Of a DNA stretch of 64,000 bases, positions 38,038 through 49,883 are shown in pieces (positions within the stretch are counted from its first letter, which is position 1; each line of letters opens with the position of its first letter). The DNA lies in the NCBI GenBank assembly GCA_963850905.1, contig CAWKMU010000003.1, positions 512,001 through 576,000 of the forward strand. The letters are read 5' to 3'. The notes beneath the pieces were generated by a model, which ran no database searches, was not told where the DNA came from, and worked only from the letters and a program-made list of their open reading frames with translations. Origin of the DNA: an uncultured Gemmatimonadales bacterium. GTDB taxonomy: Bacteria > Gemmatimonadota > Gemmatimonadetes > Gemmatimonadales > Gemmatimonadaceae. Position numbers and translations under genes: made by a program.

Positions 38038-38667
38038 ATGCCCGTGGCGCCTCCTGAGGCTGAATCGCAGGACGAACGGGCCGCGAACCGGCAAGCCGAT
38101 GCGGGCGCCGCGGCGCGGGGCGTTGTCGACGCCGGTATGGCGGCCGACATCGCGCTCGCCGCAGCGGGGGACCGGCGTGCATTCGAGCGGGTGTACCGGG
38201 CGCATGTGGACCGGGTGTATTCGGTGTGCGTGCGCATGACAGCGGATCGAGCAATGGCAGAGGAACTGACACAAGACACGTTTGTGCGGGCATGGGAGAA
38301 GCTCAGCCTGTTTCGGGGCGAAAGCAGCTTCGCGACCTGGGTGCACCGGCTGGCAGTCAACGTCGTACTCAACGCACGCAAGGCGGACAGCCGGATGCGT
38401 CGCCACGTCCCCGTCAGCACGGACGAGCGTGAGGACGAGACCGGGGCGGAGGCGCCGACACCCATCGCCTTTGCACCGGGGGAGTGGATGGACATCGAGC
38501 AGGCAATTGCCCGCCTCCCACCCGGCGCACGACGAGTGTTCGTGCTGCACGACGTCGAGGGCTATCGACACGAAGAGATCGGCGAGATGCTCGGCATTAC
38601 CGCAGGTGGTAGCAAGGCTCAGCTGCACCGGGCCCGCATGCTCCTTCGAGAGGCACTCAACCGATGA
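38038..38667 (+). CDS. ECF sigma factor
   Basis: AFERVYR, AEELTQDTFVRAW, FRGESSFATWVHRLAVN, LPPGARRVFVLHDVEG, SKAQLHRAR. Confidence 0.95.
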   Translation: MPVAPPEAESQDERAANRQADAGAAARGVVDAGMAADIALAAAGDRRAFERVYRAHVDRVYSVCVRMTADRAMAEELTQDTFVRAWEKLSLFRGESSFATWVHRLAVNVVLNARKADSRMRRHVPVSTDEREDETGAEAPTPIAFAPGEWMDIEQAIARLPPGARRVFVLHDVEGYRHEEIGEMLGITAGGSKAQLHRARMLLREALNR

Positions 38668-39435
38668 TGATTCGGCGGGACGACACTGGACGGGAGACGC
38701 CAGTCGACGGCTGTGAAACGTTCGAGGCGACCCTCCCCGATTATCTGGACGACACGCTGGCACCGGACGTGGCTCGCGAGGCGGCAGCACACGTCGCAGC
38801 GTGCGCGACCTGCCGCGAGCTCGTGCACGACCTGCGAGGGATCCGCGCGGAAGCGCGCGCACTCCCGGTCCTCCGCCCGTCGCGCGATCTCTGGCAGGGC
38901 ATCGAGGCGCGGATCGCATCACGCTCGGCCGCTTCGTCCGAATGCGCCGGTTGCCCAGACCGCAGCGCGCTCGGGTACTGCGCGCATCACCGCAATGCGA
39001 CGCTGGTTCGGACCGCAGTACGCCGCGCAAGTCTCGGCCCTGGCCGCCGGACTCGTTATCGCCACCGCTGGCATCACGTACATGGCGACGCGCGCACTGG
39101 TGCAGCATTCGAACGGATCGAGTGTGATCGCTGTCGATAGCTCACCTGTCGGCGTTGGCTCGGCGCGATCCGTCGCGCAGACCTCGGAGTACATCTACGA
39201 CACGCAGATCACGTCGCTGCACCAGATTCTCGAGCAGCGGCGTGCGCGGTTGGATCCGAAGACGGTGGCCGTGATCGAACACAACCTCGCCGTGATCGAT
39301 ACCGCCATCGCACAAAGCAAGCAGGCATTGAAGCACGACCCGGCCAACGGGTTCCTGGCCGATCAGTTGGACCGAGACCTCAATACCAAGCTCGAGCTGC
39401 TGCGGACCGTCGCGCTGCTTCCGAGCCGTACTTAA
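38664..39435 (+). pseudogene. zf-HC2 anti-sigma factor, frameshifted near 38920
   Basis: HVAACATC zinc motif and DLWQGIEARI in one frame; TM and C-terminal helical domain in another frame. Confidence 0.75.
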
Positions 39436-39446
39436 CCGCACGCGAG

Positions 39447-40442
39447 ATGCTGCGAGAAACCATGACACGACGCTCAGTAACGCTCACGCTCTTCTGCCTG
39501 ATCACGCTGGCCGCCTTGCCAGCTGGTGCCCAGCGGTCGGACGAATCGACTCCTGACAGGCACCGGCACATGGTAGATGGCGACAATGACGACCAGCCGG
39601 CGATCGACACCACCGTTCCCTTCGCCAACTCCGGCGGGGTCGTCGATCTGAGCATCGTCTCCGGAGAGATCACCGTCACCGGCTGGAGCCGGTCCGAGGC
39701 TCGCATCCACGTGACGAGCGACGACGACGAGATGCCGGTGCATTTCGAGCACGGACCCGATCGCATCCTGCTGGACGCTCGGCGCGGCGGTCATCGGCAC
39801 CACAATGACAGTGACGTGCAGTACGACCTCACCGTACCGATCGGCACCCGAATCATCATGCACAGCACGTCCGGCGACTTGCATGCCCGCGGCACGCACG
39901 GAGAGGTCGAGGCGCGGTCGATCAGCGGCGACGTCGTAGTCGACGACGCAACACATGGTGCCACGCTGGAAAGCGTCTCCGGCAACGTCCAGGCCCGGAC
40001 CATCACGGGCGACGTGCGGGCCCGATCGGTCAGTGGTGATGTCGACCTGGATGACGTGACAGGCGACATCACGCTGTCCTCGGTGAGCGGGCACGGGTAC
40101 GTCACAGCGAGTCGCTCTCGCGTTGCGCGACTCGAATCCGTCAGCGGGGACCTCTCGTACGGCGGCTCGCTGGACCCCACAGGGACGTACGACTTCCGGG
40201 CACACTCCGGCAATATCAACCTCCAGCTCCCAGCCGATGTGGGCGCGTCGCTCTCTGTCGACACCTTCAGTGGCGACATCGAGACGGACTTCCCGCTCAC
40301 GATTCAACCCAGTGGCGATAACGGCCCTCCTCGACACCACGTCGATACGACGTTGGGACGCGGTGGCGCGCACGTAACCATCTCCACCTTCAGCGGCGAC
40401 ATCGAGCTCCGACGCTCGGGCGCCCGCTCTCACTCGGGGTAA
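39447..40442 (+). CDS. DUF4097 beta-strand repeat (putative adhesin) protein
   Basis: Signal peptide and repeated S(V/T)SG(D/N) units. Confidence 0.88.
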   Translation: MLRETMTRRSVTLTLFCLITLAALPAGAQRSDESTPDRHRHMVDGDNDDQPAIDTTVPFANSGGVVDLSIVSGEITVTGWSRSEARIHVTSDDDEMPVHFEHGPDRILLDARRGGHRHHNDSDVQYDLTVPIGTRIIMHSTSGDLHARGTHGEVEARSISGDVVVDDATHGATLESVSGNVQARTITGDVRARSVSGDVDLDDVTGDITLSSVSGHGYVTASRSRVARLESVSGDLSYGGSLDPTGTYDFRAHSGNINLQLPADVGASLSVDTFSGDIETDFPLTIQPSGDNGPPRHHVDTTLGRGGAHVTISTFSGDIELRRSGARSHSG

Positions 40443-40446
40443 GACC

Positions 40447-41397
40447 ATGATGATCCGCGCACAGACAGAGCGGGCATGGCACAGGGCCGGGGAAGACCAG
40501 GCAAGGCACATGGCGAGACGTTCACGAACGGTGACCGCGGGGATCTGGGGGGCAGCCCTCCTCGTGACGAGCGCAGGGTGGGGCCTCGCAGGGCCGACAC
40601 GCCTGGCATGGGCCACGCCCGCACGCGCGCTCGCACGACTCGCGCGCGCCGACACGACGACGGATTTTCGCTGGTCGGGCCACGTCGATGCGGACCGGTG
40701 GGTCCGCATTCGCGATCTATCGGGATCGGTGCGTGTCGAGCGCGCGACGGGCAACGACGTCCAGATCACCGGCCACAAGTCCTGGCGACATGACGACGAG
40801 GACCGCGTTCGGTTCGTCCTGCAGCGCACCGGCGCTGGCGAAGGCGACGTCCTCGTGTGCGCCCTGTGGGATGATGTTAGCCACTGCGACGAACATGGAT
40901 ACGATTCGCACTCGCATCACCACGGATGGCACGACAACGACAACGACGTCAAGGTCGACTTCACCGTGCTCGTGCCAGCTGGCATCAAGGTGCTCGCCTC
41001 GACCGTGAACGGCGATGTCGAGGTGAGCGGCACGACTCGCGACGTGGATGCGTCCAGCGTCAACGGTCGCGTCGATGCAACCTCGGATGGCGGTCCGGTC
41101 GAAGCGAGCAGTGTGAACGGGAGTGTGGAGGCTTCAATGCAGCAGTTGAACAACGCGGCGCGCCTCGACTACTCCTCGGTCAACGGCTCCGTGCACGTCT
41201 CCCTGCCGGCCAGTCTCAAGGCCGATGTCGAGCTCTCGACCGTCAATGGCTCAGTGCGCTCCGACTTTCCGATTTCCGTGGAAGGCTCGCTCGAGCCGCG
41301 GCACCTCCGTGGGACCATCGGCGGCGGCGGGATCCCGCTCCGGATCGACACCGTGAACGGCAGCATCGAACTGCGGAAGAGTGGAGCGGCAGGGTAG
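40447..41397 (+). CDS. DUF4097 beta-strand repeat protein
   Basis: Repeated (S/T)VNG units. Confidence 0.88.
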   Translation: MMIRAQTERAWHRAGEDQARHMARRSRTVTAGIWGAALLVTSAGWGLAGPTRLAWATPARALARLARADTTTDFRWSGHVDADRWVRIRDLSGSVRVERATGNDVQITGHKSWRHDDEDRVRFVLQRTGAGEGDVLVCALWDDVSHCDEHGYDSHSHHHGWHDNDNDVKVDFTVLVPAGIKVLASTVNGDVEVSGTTRDVDASSVNGRVDATSDGGPVEASSVNGSVEASMQQLNNAARLDYSSVNGSVHVSLPASLKADVELSTVNGSVRSDFPISVEGSLEPRHLRGTIGGGGIPLRIDTVNGSIELRKSGAAG

Positions 41398-41423
41398 GGG
41401 TAGGGACTGGACGTTCGAGGGCT

Positions 41424-41493
41424 GGGTGACGGGTGACGGGTGACGGGTGACGGGTGACGGGTGACGGGTGACGGGTGACGGGTGACGGGTGAC
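41424..41493 (+). repeat. Perfect heptamer tandem repeat (GGGTGAC)x10
   Basis: Read directly; a degenerate inverted arm (GTCACCC-like) lies at 41618-41648. Confidence 0.97.
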
Positions 41494-41693
41494 ACGCAGA
41501 TACTGACCAACGACCAAACCGAAAGGCCGATCGCAGCGCACCGCGACCGGCCTTGGACCGGTAGGGGCGACGCCTTGCGTCGCCCGCCGTTGCCGTCGTA
41601 TTTGGCGGTTGTTGTTCCCCGTCACCCGTAACCCATCACCCGTTACCCTGCCCCTTATATTTCCCTGTCGAACCACCCTTCTCGGAGCGCAGC

Positions 41694-42404
41694 ATGGCTT
41701 TCCTAGAGCCCAGGACCAGGTACGGCGCCATGCCGTACCCCGCGGGCGCAGTCGTCCGAACCGGGGCCGAGCGCCTGACGCTCATCCGCCGGACCTATAG
41801 CGTAGTCTTTGTCGGAATCCTCTTCAGCGCGCTCGGTGTCGTCACCGCGTGGTCCCAGCCGCGCATCATGCAAACGGTGCTGGCGCACCCGTTCCTCATG
41901 CTCGTTGCCATCTTCGCCCCGTTGTTCATGGCGCAGTGGCAAGCGCGCGTGTTCCCCATCAATATCGGTTTCACGTTCCTTTTCACGTTCCTCGAAGGGT
42001 TGTGGCTCGCGCCGTTTCTCGCCATGGCTGAGCACAACCAGCCGGGCATCATCGGTCAAGCGGGATTACTCACCGGCGCTGCGTTCGGGACGCTCACCGT
42101 CTATGCCTTTGTCAGCCGGCGCGACTTCAGCGCGTGGCTCGGCTTCTTCTTCACCGGCCTGGTCGTCGTCATCCTGGCCAGCCTCTTGAACGCGTTCGTT
42201 CTGCACAGCACTGGCGTGGCACTCTGGCTGGCCGGCGCAATCGTGCTCGTGTTCGCCGGATTGCTCGTGGTCGATACGTGGCGCCTGCGCAACGTCTACG
42301 GCCCCGACGACTACATCCCGGCCGCGATCAACATCTATCTCGATCTCCTGAACATGTTCGTCGCGATCCTCAGCCTCCTGGGCGGCGGTAATCGGAGAAG
42401 CTAA
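41694..42404 (+). CDS. Bax inhibitor-1/YccA family membrane protein
   Basis: LIRRTY, FTFLEG, seven TMs, AAINIYLDLLNMF. Confidence 0.93.
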   Translation: MAFLEPRTRYGAMPYPAGAVVRTGAERLTLIRRTYSVVFVGILFSALGVVTAWSQPRIMQTVLAHPFLMLVAIFAPLFMAQWQARVFPINIGFTFLFTFLEGLWLAPFLAMAEHNQPGIIGQAGLLTGAAFGTLTVYAFVSRRDFSAWLGFFFTGLVVVILASLLNAFVLHSTGVALWLAGAIVLVFAGLLVVDTWRLRNVYGPDDYIPAAINIYLDLLNMFVAILSLLGGGNRRS

Positions 42405-42662
42405 AACGCCTGGCGGATCGCGAGTCGGCGCTGGGAATCCGCAACGACAAACGACGACTGCACAATGGGGGCGGGCTGAAGCCCGCCCCTACATGTTCCT
42501 GCGGGCGGCGTCTGATTCGAGTTCGCCGACGGAAGCCGGCAACCGCGGTAGAGCACCCCGAGATGGCACCGTCCATCCGACATGTAGGGGCGGCCTTTAG
42601 GCCGCCCTCTTTTTCGTGTCGTTCCCGGAATTTCACGCTGTCGTCCCGCTGATCCCCGCCGT

Positions 42663-44246
42663 TCAGCCCCCAGGCAGTTCCCACACCGCCCCATCATCAA
42701 ACCTCGCCACCAACCGCAGCCCCATGAGGGCCGCGATGCTATCGGGCGGCGCCACATCGGGGCTGACGACCGAGAAGCCGACCATCGCCCCGCGCGTGTG
42801 CGCGAGGCGATCCCGAAAGCGGTGCAGCGTGAGACCGTCGAGCGTCTCGGGCACATCGTGGGACGCGCGCTGCGCCTGGAAGTAGAGCGCTGCCGGCCAA
42901 TTGGTGTAGAGCGTGCGATGCGCGCCGCCCGCGCTGTCGCGCACCCAGGCGATCGTCGGAGAATCGCGCCAGTCGCTCCCCGCGAAGTCGTTGCCGTCCT
43001 CTCGCGCGACCACGATTCGGGAGATGCTGACGCCCGCCGAAACCGCGAACCACAGCAACACCACTGAGCCCACGGCAAACCGGGCGGCCCGACTGCGCTC
43101 CGGCCACCACGCGGCGATCGCGAGCCCCAACGCGATCTCGGCGAGCAGCAAGAGCGGTGAGAGGATGCGCTCGTCGAACGGAATATTCGGGTCTGCGACG
43201 ATACGCGACGCGAAGATGAAGCCGGCGTACGCGAGGGCTACCGTGTTCAGGAGCGCGAGAAAGCCACCCGTGGAGCAGAAACGTGGCCACACTGAACGAC
43301 CCAGCATGATCGCGCCGATGAAGAGCAAGGCTGCGATTGCGTAGCGCCATCCGCCGGTGCCAAGAGGCACCGCCCATGAGACGAGAGTCTCGAGGCCCTC
43401 GCGACCGGTCGCACCCAGACCGCCGTACGTACCGAACGCGCGCACTCCCTGCACGCCTTCGAGTCGAATCGAGCGAAGCAGCCACGCCGCGAGCACCACG
43501 CCGCTTGGCAGGCCGGCCAGCGCGACACGGGCAAGACGCTCGCGTGTCCGCATCTGTTGCGGCCCGGCGACGAACAACCACCACACCGCTGCCAGAACGA
43601 GCGACGCTCCCGCGTATCGCAGCATGCCCCCCGCAGCCGTCGCGAGTCCAACCCAGAGCGCGGGCCAGAGCGTAGGGGAGCGGGTCCCGGCCCAGAGCCC
43701 TCCGAGCACCGCCACGAGCACCGCGAAGAACACAGGCTCGCTCAGGACGGACAGATGGACGTTGAGGATCGCCGGCGTGAACAAGGCTGCCACTGCGATG
43801 AGCACGCTGGTGCGAACACTCGCGACGCCCGTCGTCAGCAGCACGAGGCCGGTCCACGTCGCGAACGCCGCCAGGGCGATGACGAGACGGGCAGCGCTGA
43901 GTGGCGGCGCACCCAGCGCAATCGGCGCGGCAAGCAACGTCGGCAACCCGGGCGGAAAGTGGGTTAGCGGCTCCGTCGTATCCGCAACCGTCCAGCTGCT
44001 CGTCGGCACACGATACGCACCGATCCTCGCGAACGAGATGGCGGCGCCGAGATATTGTTGCGAGTCTGGATCGAGGCCCGGTCCCGGTGACGCTGTCGCG
44101 ATCGCGACGGTGCCGGCCGCGAGCAGACCGGTCGCAACTGCGGCAATCCAGCGCCAAGGGATTCGCCGGTGTCCCTTCGCGCCCTCCACCACGTCGACCG
44201 GATCAGGGATGACGGGTCGAGTCTGAGGCTGAGGGGCTGTTGACAT
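42663..44246 (-). CDS. Polytopic membrane protein, GT-C fold glycosyltransferase-like
   Basis: DPDSQQY, HFPPGLP, LSEPVF, LRYAG and many TMs. Confidence 0.7.
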   Translation of the reverse strand: MSTAPQPQTRPVIPDPVDVVEGAKGHRRIPWRWIAAVATGLLAAGTVAIATASPGPGLDPDSQQYLGAAISFARIGAYRVPTSSWTVADTTEPLTHFPPGLPTLLAAPIALGAPPLSAARLVIALAAFATWTGLVLLTTGVASVRTSVLIAVAALFTPAILNVHLSVLSEPVFFAVLVAVLGGLWAGTRSPTLWPALWVGLATAAGGMLRYAGASLVLAAVWWLFVAGPQQMRTRERLARVALAGLPSGVVLAAWLLRSIRLEGVQGVRAFGTYGGLGATGREGLETLVSWAVPLGTGGWRYAIAALLFIGAIMLGRSVWPRFCSTGGFLALLNTVALAYAGFIFASRIVADPNIPFDERILSPLLLLAEIALGLAIAAWWPERSRAARFAVGSVVLLWFAVSAGVSISRIVVAREDGNDFAGSDWRDSPTIAWVRDSAGGAHRTLYTNWPAALYFQAQRASHDVPETLDGLTLHRFRDRLAHTRGAMVGFSVVSPDVAPPDSIAALMGLRLVARFDDGAVWELPGG

Positions 44247-45276
44247 TGGCCGCCGGTGTCGACGCTGTACGGACCGACGGGCCCCCCGAGTCATGCGTCG
44301 GCGTCTGGGTCGCCGTACTGTCGACGCCACTCCTCGGGGCCTGGCTCGCCCCGCCCGTCCCCACGTGCGCGTCCATCAGATCGGCGAGCTTGCCAGCGCC
44401 CAGCACGACGATCTCGACCCGGCGGTTTTGCTGGCGACCGTCGGGAGTGGCGTTGGTTGCCACGGGGTCGGCCTTGCCAAAGCCGTGGACCGAGATGACC
44501 GTCGAGTCCAGGCCACCGGCGACCAGCGCATTGCGGACTGCGAGCGCTCGGTTCTCTGACAGTTGCTGGTTGAACGACTCGCTCCCCGTCGAATCCGTGT
44601 AGCCCTCCACGGAGATCTTGTGGTCGGGGTATTGCTTGAGCACCGCCGAGATCTTCCGCACGTTGGCATCGGCGCCGGGCTTGAGCGTCGCCTCTCCCAG
44701 ATCGAACAGGATATCACTGAGGCTGATCACCAGCCCGCGCGCCGTCTGCTTCAAGTCGGTCATCTCGACGACGAGCGTCTGCAGCTGGCTCATCGCCTGC
44801 TCCAGCTGCGCGTTCGCCGCGTCGGCGGCGTGGCGCAGCGAGTCAGCCCGCGCCGTCGCCGCGGCCGCGCGCTGCTCCGCTTCCGCCCGTTCCGCTTCGA
44901 GCGCGGCTTGGCGCGCCTGCGCCGCCGCGAGCTGGCGAGTCAGGTGGAGCTTCTGCAAGCTGTCCGTCGCACTCACGGCCACCGAGCGCCCGAAGCGCGC
45001 GTCCGCGATCTGCACCGTGCGCAGCGCGATCGAGGCCATCCCGTCGACATAGACCTCGTTCTGCCCCTGCGTCACCGCCGTGCGCGCCGTGTCGATCGAG
45101 GCGCGTGCACGGATCATATCCCCCTCCACGCGCTGCTCCGCGTGCTGCGCCTCCAGCGAGGCGTAGAGCGTTTGCGCCTGCACCAGCGCCGCTGGAGTCG
45201 GCGTGACCGAGGCACATCCGCCCAGCACCCCAGTCGCAATCAGCGCCGCCACCGCCATCGTCCGGACACGGGTCAT
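44203..45276 (-). CDS. OmpA family lipoprotein with coiled-coil
   Basis: Lipobox LGGC, DILFD, VEGYTDSTG, NQQLSENRA, NRRVEIV. Confidence 0.93.
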   Translation of the reverse strand: MTRVRTMAVAALIATGVLGGCASVTPTPAALVQAQTLYASLEAQHAEQRVEGDMIRARASIDTARTAVTQGQNEVYVDGMASIALRTVQIADARFGRSVAVSATDSLQKLHLTRQLAAAQARQAALEAERAEAEQRAAAATARADSLRHAADAANAQLEQAMSQLQTLVVEMTDLKQTARGLVISLSDILFDLGEATLKPGADANVRKISAVLKQYPDHKISVEGYTDSTGSESFNQQLSENRALAVRNALVAGGLDSTVISVHGFGKADPVATNATPDGRQQNRRVEIVVLGAGKLADLMDAHVGTGGASQAPRSGVDSTATQTPTHDSGGPSVRTASTPAANVNSPSASDSTRHP

Positions 45277-45635
45277 TGTCGAGCGCCCGCGGGTGTGCTC
45301 GTCAGCTGATCGACCTCCGCGGCCGCCGCCGCGCGTGCATGGTCTGCGGAGACGCGCTCCGCCTCCGCGCGCGCGTACGACGCATCGGCGATGGCTTCGC
45401 GGGCAAAGAGCGCCGACCGGTCGGTGTGCTTGGCCTGCTCCTCACTCGTCGCGGCCGCCAGGTGCTGCCGCGCCATCTTGAGCGGCTCGGGCGCGAGCGA
45501 ATCGGCGCCAGCCGCCACCGCTTCGGCGATCGCCGCCATCGCCCGCCCCACCGCGTGCGGCGGCGGTTCGGTCGCCGGTGGAAACGCCCCGCTACTCGCG
45601 CACGCTGCGACGAACAGCGTGGCGCCACACGCCAC
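45273..45635 (-). CDS. DUF4398-like lipoprotein
   Basis: VAAC lipobox and Ala-rich helical body, directly upstream of the OmpA gene with overlap. Start uncertain. Confidence 0.7.
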   Translation of the reverse strand: MACGATLFVAACASSGAFPPATEPPPHAVGRAMAAIAEAVAAGADSLAPEPLKMARQHLAAATSEEQAKHTDRSALFAREAIADASYARAEAERVSADHARAAAAAEVDQLTSTPAGARQ

Positions 45636-45761
45636 GACGCTCCAGCGACCGCCGCGTGCGCGCTGGGCTTGGACGTCCGGGGAGCAATTGCGCTTTCGGT
45701 GTTTGTTCGGCAAATTAAAGATCGGTGAACGCCCAGTCTCACCCCGCGGCGGACCCTGTGC

Positions 45762-46877
45762 GTGACACAAAATAAACATCAAGCAGCACTCTTCAGCGAA
45801 CCCCACGAGGGCGGACACGGCACACTCGGCCGGCAAGCCGATATCGTCTACCTGGAGCGTCCCGCACGCTCAGTCCTCAACCCGCCCGAGAGTACGGGGA
45901 TGCCCTACTGGTCGCTCAACCCGTACGTCGGCTGTGCATTCGGCTGCGCGTACTGCTACGCCCGGTACGCGCACCGCTACGTAGCCGAGCGAGAGGACGC
46001 CGACCAACGCCCCGCCGTCCAGGGTGACGGCGGCGCGCCACCCGTCCCACCGCCCCCGGAACCACCGAGTGCCATGCCCTCCTGGCTCGCGTTCGAGCGC
46101 CGCATCTACGTCAAGCAGCGTGCGCCCGACCTCGTCCGCGTCGCACTCTCACAGGCCGGCAGCGGTCGGCACGGACGCAGTGGCCGGCTGTTGCGGGGCG
46201 AACCCCTTATCATCGGGACCGCGACCGACCCCTATCAGCCAGCCGAGCGCCATTTCAGGATCACTCGGGGTGTGCTCGAGGCACTGGCCGAGCTCGCCGG
46301 ACTGCGCATCGTGCTCATCACCAAGAGCGCCCTGGTGACGCGCGACATTGACGTGCTCACGCGCGTCGCAACCCGGTCGCGCCTGACGGTTCACCTGTCG
46401 CTGATCACGCTCGATCGCGATCTCGCGCGCCGCATCGAGCCGCGCGCCCCGACGCCCGATGCCAGGCTGCGCGCCCTGAGCCGCCTGCGCGCCGCCGGCA
46501 TCGAGGTCGGCATCAACGTGATGCCGATCCTGCCCGGGATCACCGATCCACCAGCAGGTCTCGACACACTCATCGCGACCGTCGCCCGGGCCGGCGCGAC
46601 TCATGTCAACGCCGGTGCGCTGCGACTGCAGGCCGAAGCTCGCCGCCGGTACCTCCCCTTCATCGAGTCCGAGTTCCCACACCTCGCGGCCCGCTACCGA
46701 GCGACCTTTGCGCGCAATTCCGATGTGGGCGCCAGGTACCGCGCAGGACTCGTCCGCGTCGTCCAGAAGCTCTGCGACCGCCACGGCATCAGGTACGGCC
46801 GATTCGATGAGGATCGGGCGAGGGACGACAGCGCGATCCCTGAGTCACCGCGCGACGAGCAGCTGGTGGCGCTCTAG
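45762..46877 (+). CDS. Radical SAM protein (Rv2578c/SplB-like)
   Basis: SLNPYVGCAFGCAYCYA, GTATDPYQP.E, ITKS, IEPRAP, PILPGITD. Confidence 0.9.
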   Translation: MTQNKHQAALFSEPHEGGHGTLGRQADIVYLERPARSVLNPPESTGMPYWSLNPYVGCAFGCAYCYARYAHRYVAEREDADQRPAVQGDGGAPPVPPPPEPPSAMPSWLAFERRIYVKQRAPDLVRVALSQAGSGRHGRSGRLLRGEPLIIGTATDPYQPAERHFRITRGVLEALAELAGLRIVLITKSALVTRDIDVLTRVATRSRLTVHLSLITLDRDLARRIEPRAPTPDARLRALSRLRAAGIEVGINVMPILPGITDPPAGLDTLIATVARAGATHVNAGALRLQAEARRRYLPFIESEFPHLAARYRATFARNSDVGARYRAGLVRVVQKLCDRHGIRYGRFDEDRARDDSAIPESPRDEQLVAL

Positions 46878-46987
46878 GGGCCGAAACTGCGGGGTCAGGG
46901 GTCAGGGGTCGGGGAACGACACCCGAACCCACGCCGACATGTAGGGGCGGCCTTCAGGCCGCCCACCGCATTGCAATGGCAACAATC

Positions 46988-48486
<1,499 letters not shown>

Positions 48487-48503
48487 AAGTATCTCGCCGT
48501 CGA

Positions 48504-49883
48504 CTATCTCGCCTCCCAGGCGAAGCCGCCAACCCACCGCGTGAGGTGCGAGCCGGGCTCGAGCGCGAGAATCACGATCCCGCCCTCGCCCTGGGTCAGG
48601 CCGCGGGCGACGATGCCGTCGGTGCCGCTGGCATTGGGGTCGAGCGCCGCAAGGAAGTCGTGCGCTTTGAAGCGGTAGTCGTACACTCGCAGATTCGTCA
48701 CGCGACCCAGTGTGTCGATGAGCACCGCACGCTCGCGAATCCATTCATAGGCGCCCGCGCGCAAGTCGACTGCGACCGCGAGACGGTTGCCGTTGCCGAA
48801 GCACCCCCGCACCTCGGTGGATTGTGACCGGAGCGTGTTGACGAGCCGATCGTAGGGGGGCGGCGGCAGGCTGCGCAGCCAGAGGTCGATGGAGTCCCGC
48901 ACCGCGGCAGCACGGACGAGCAGCGCGGGCGCGACGCTGTCGCGCTCACAGCTGTCTTGCCGCGCCACGGAGTCACCGCCCGCGGCATTGGCCGATGTCG
49001 GACGGCGCGCAACGCTGTCGCTCGAGGTCGGCCGAGCCGCAGTGCGCACGGCGGTGGCAGTATCGGTGCGCGGGGCCGCGGCGACACTCGGCCCGACCCG
49101 CGCGCTGTCTGCCGCACGCGCCGTGCTGTCCGAATCCGGCGGGCTTGCGGTATCGGTGCGCTCCACGGCCGCATAGGCCACCGGCGCGTGACGCACGAGC
49201 GAGTCGAGTTGCCGTGATAGGTGGAGCGTCGCGACGATGCGGTTGTTCCAGCTCGAGAAGCCGACAACGCTGTCGTCCTCCATCCCCCACGCATGGTGGA
49301 TCCGCACCGGCGTGCCGATCGGGAGTGGCGAGAGCGCCTTGACCGCCTGCTGGAACGCCGTCGCACGACGCTTGTCGTGCTGCACGTCGAGGTCGACCCG
49401 ACCGATGTCCACGAGCAGCCGCTTCCCACGTTTCGCCGCCAGGAACCACGTCTGCTCAATAGGAGTGAAGACGAGGAACTGCGAAACCGAATCGGCGAGC
49501 GGCGTGAGTTTGGGCGCCGGAGCCGGACGCGTCCGCACGAACGGGGGCAGGGCGGCGGCTGGGCCTGGGGGACGCCGTTGCGCGGCGGCCACGATCGCCA
49601 GGCTGTCCGGAAGCACACTCGGGCTATCGGCGAGCAGCCGGCTAATGGTATCCGGCACCGTCTCGGTGCTGTCGTCTGGGGTCGAGGCTCTTGACCGGAG
49701 ATTTGGACAGCCCAGGACCGCCGCGAGCGCCAGCGCCGTGACGACTGGCACGCCACATCGTCGGACTGCCGAGGGGCCCCAGCGCCAGAACCCGGGGCGA
49801 CGCATCGAGGTGCGCAGTTTTGACAAGCACCGCATAGCCATCAGAAGAATATGCCGTACCTCGAACACGACGGCGTAAGACAC
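48504..49883 (-). CDS. Hypothetical exported protein
   Basis: Long ORF with a hydrophobic segment ending VLGC and low-complexity Ser/Asp/Ala linkers. True start probably about 49750-49800. Confidence 0.6.
   Translation of the reverse strand: MSYAVVFEVRHILLMAMRCLSKLRTSMRRPGFWRWGPSAVRRCGVPVVTALALAAVLGCPNLRSRASTPDDSTETVPDTISRLLADSPSVLPDSLAIVAAAQRRPPGPAAALPPFVRTRPAPAPKLTPLADSVSQFLVFTPIEQTWFLAAKRGKRLLVDIGRVDLDVQHDKRRATAFQQAVKALSPLPIGTPVRIHHAWGMEDDSVVGFSSWNNRIVATLHLSRQLDSLVRHAPVAYAAVERTDTASPPDSDSTARAADSARVGPSVAAAPRTDTATAVRTAARPTSSDSVARRPTSANAAGGDSVARQDSCERDSVAPALLVRAAAVRDSIDLWLRSLPPPPYDRLVNTLRSQSTEVRGCFGNGNRLAVAVDLRAGAYEWIRERAVLIDTLGRVTNLRVYDYRFKAHDFLAALDPNASGTDGIVARGLTQGEGGIVILALEPGSHLTRWVGGFAWEAR

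Noticed and set aside
41424..41493. Possible CRISPR array (also considered for the dispersed palindromes)
   Set aside because: Pure 7-bp tandem repeat with no spacers. The palindromes are scattered rather than regularly spaced, and there are no cas genes.
45690..45785. Possible LexA/SOS box in the AT-rich patch before the radical SAM gene
   Set aside because: No clean palindrome or direct repeat matching a LexA motif I can name with confidence.
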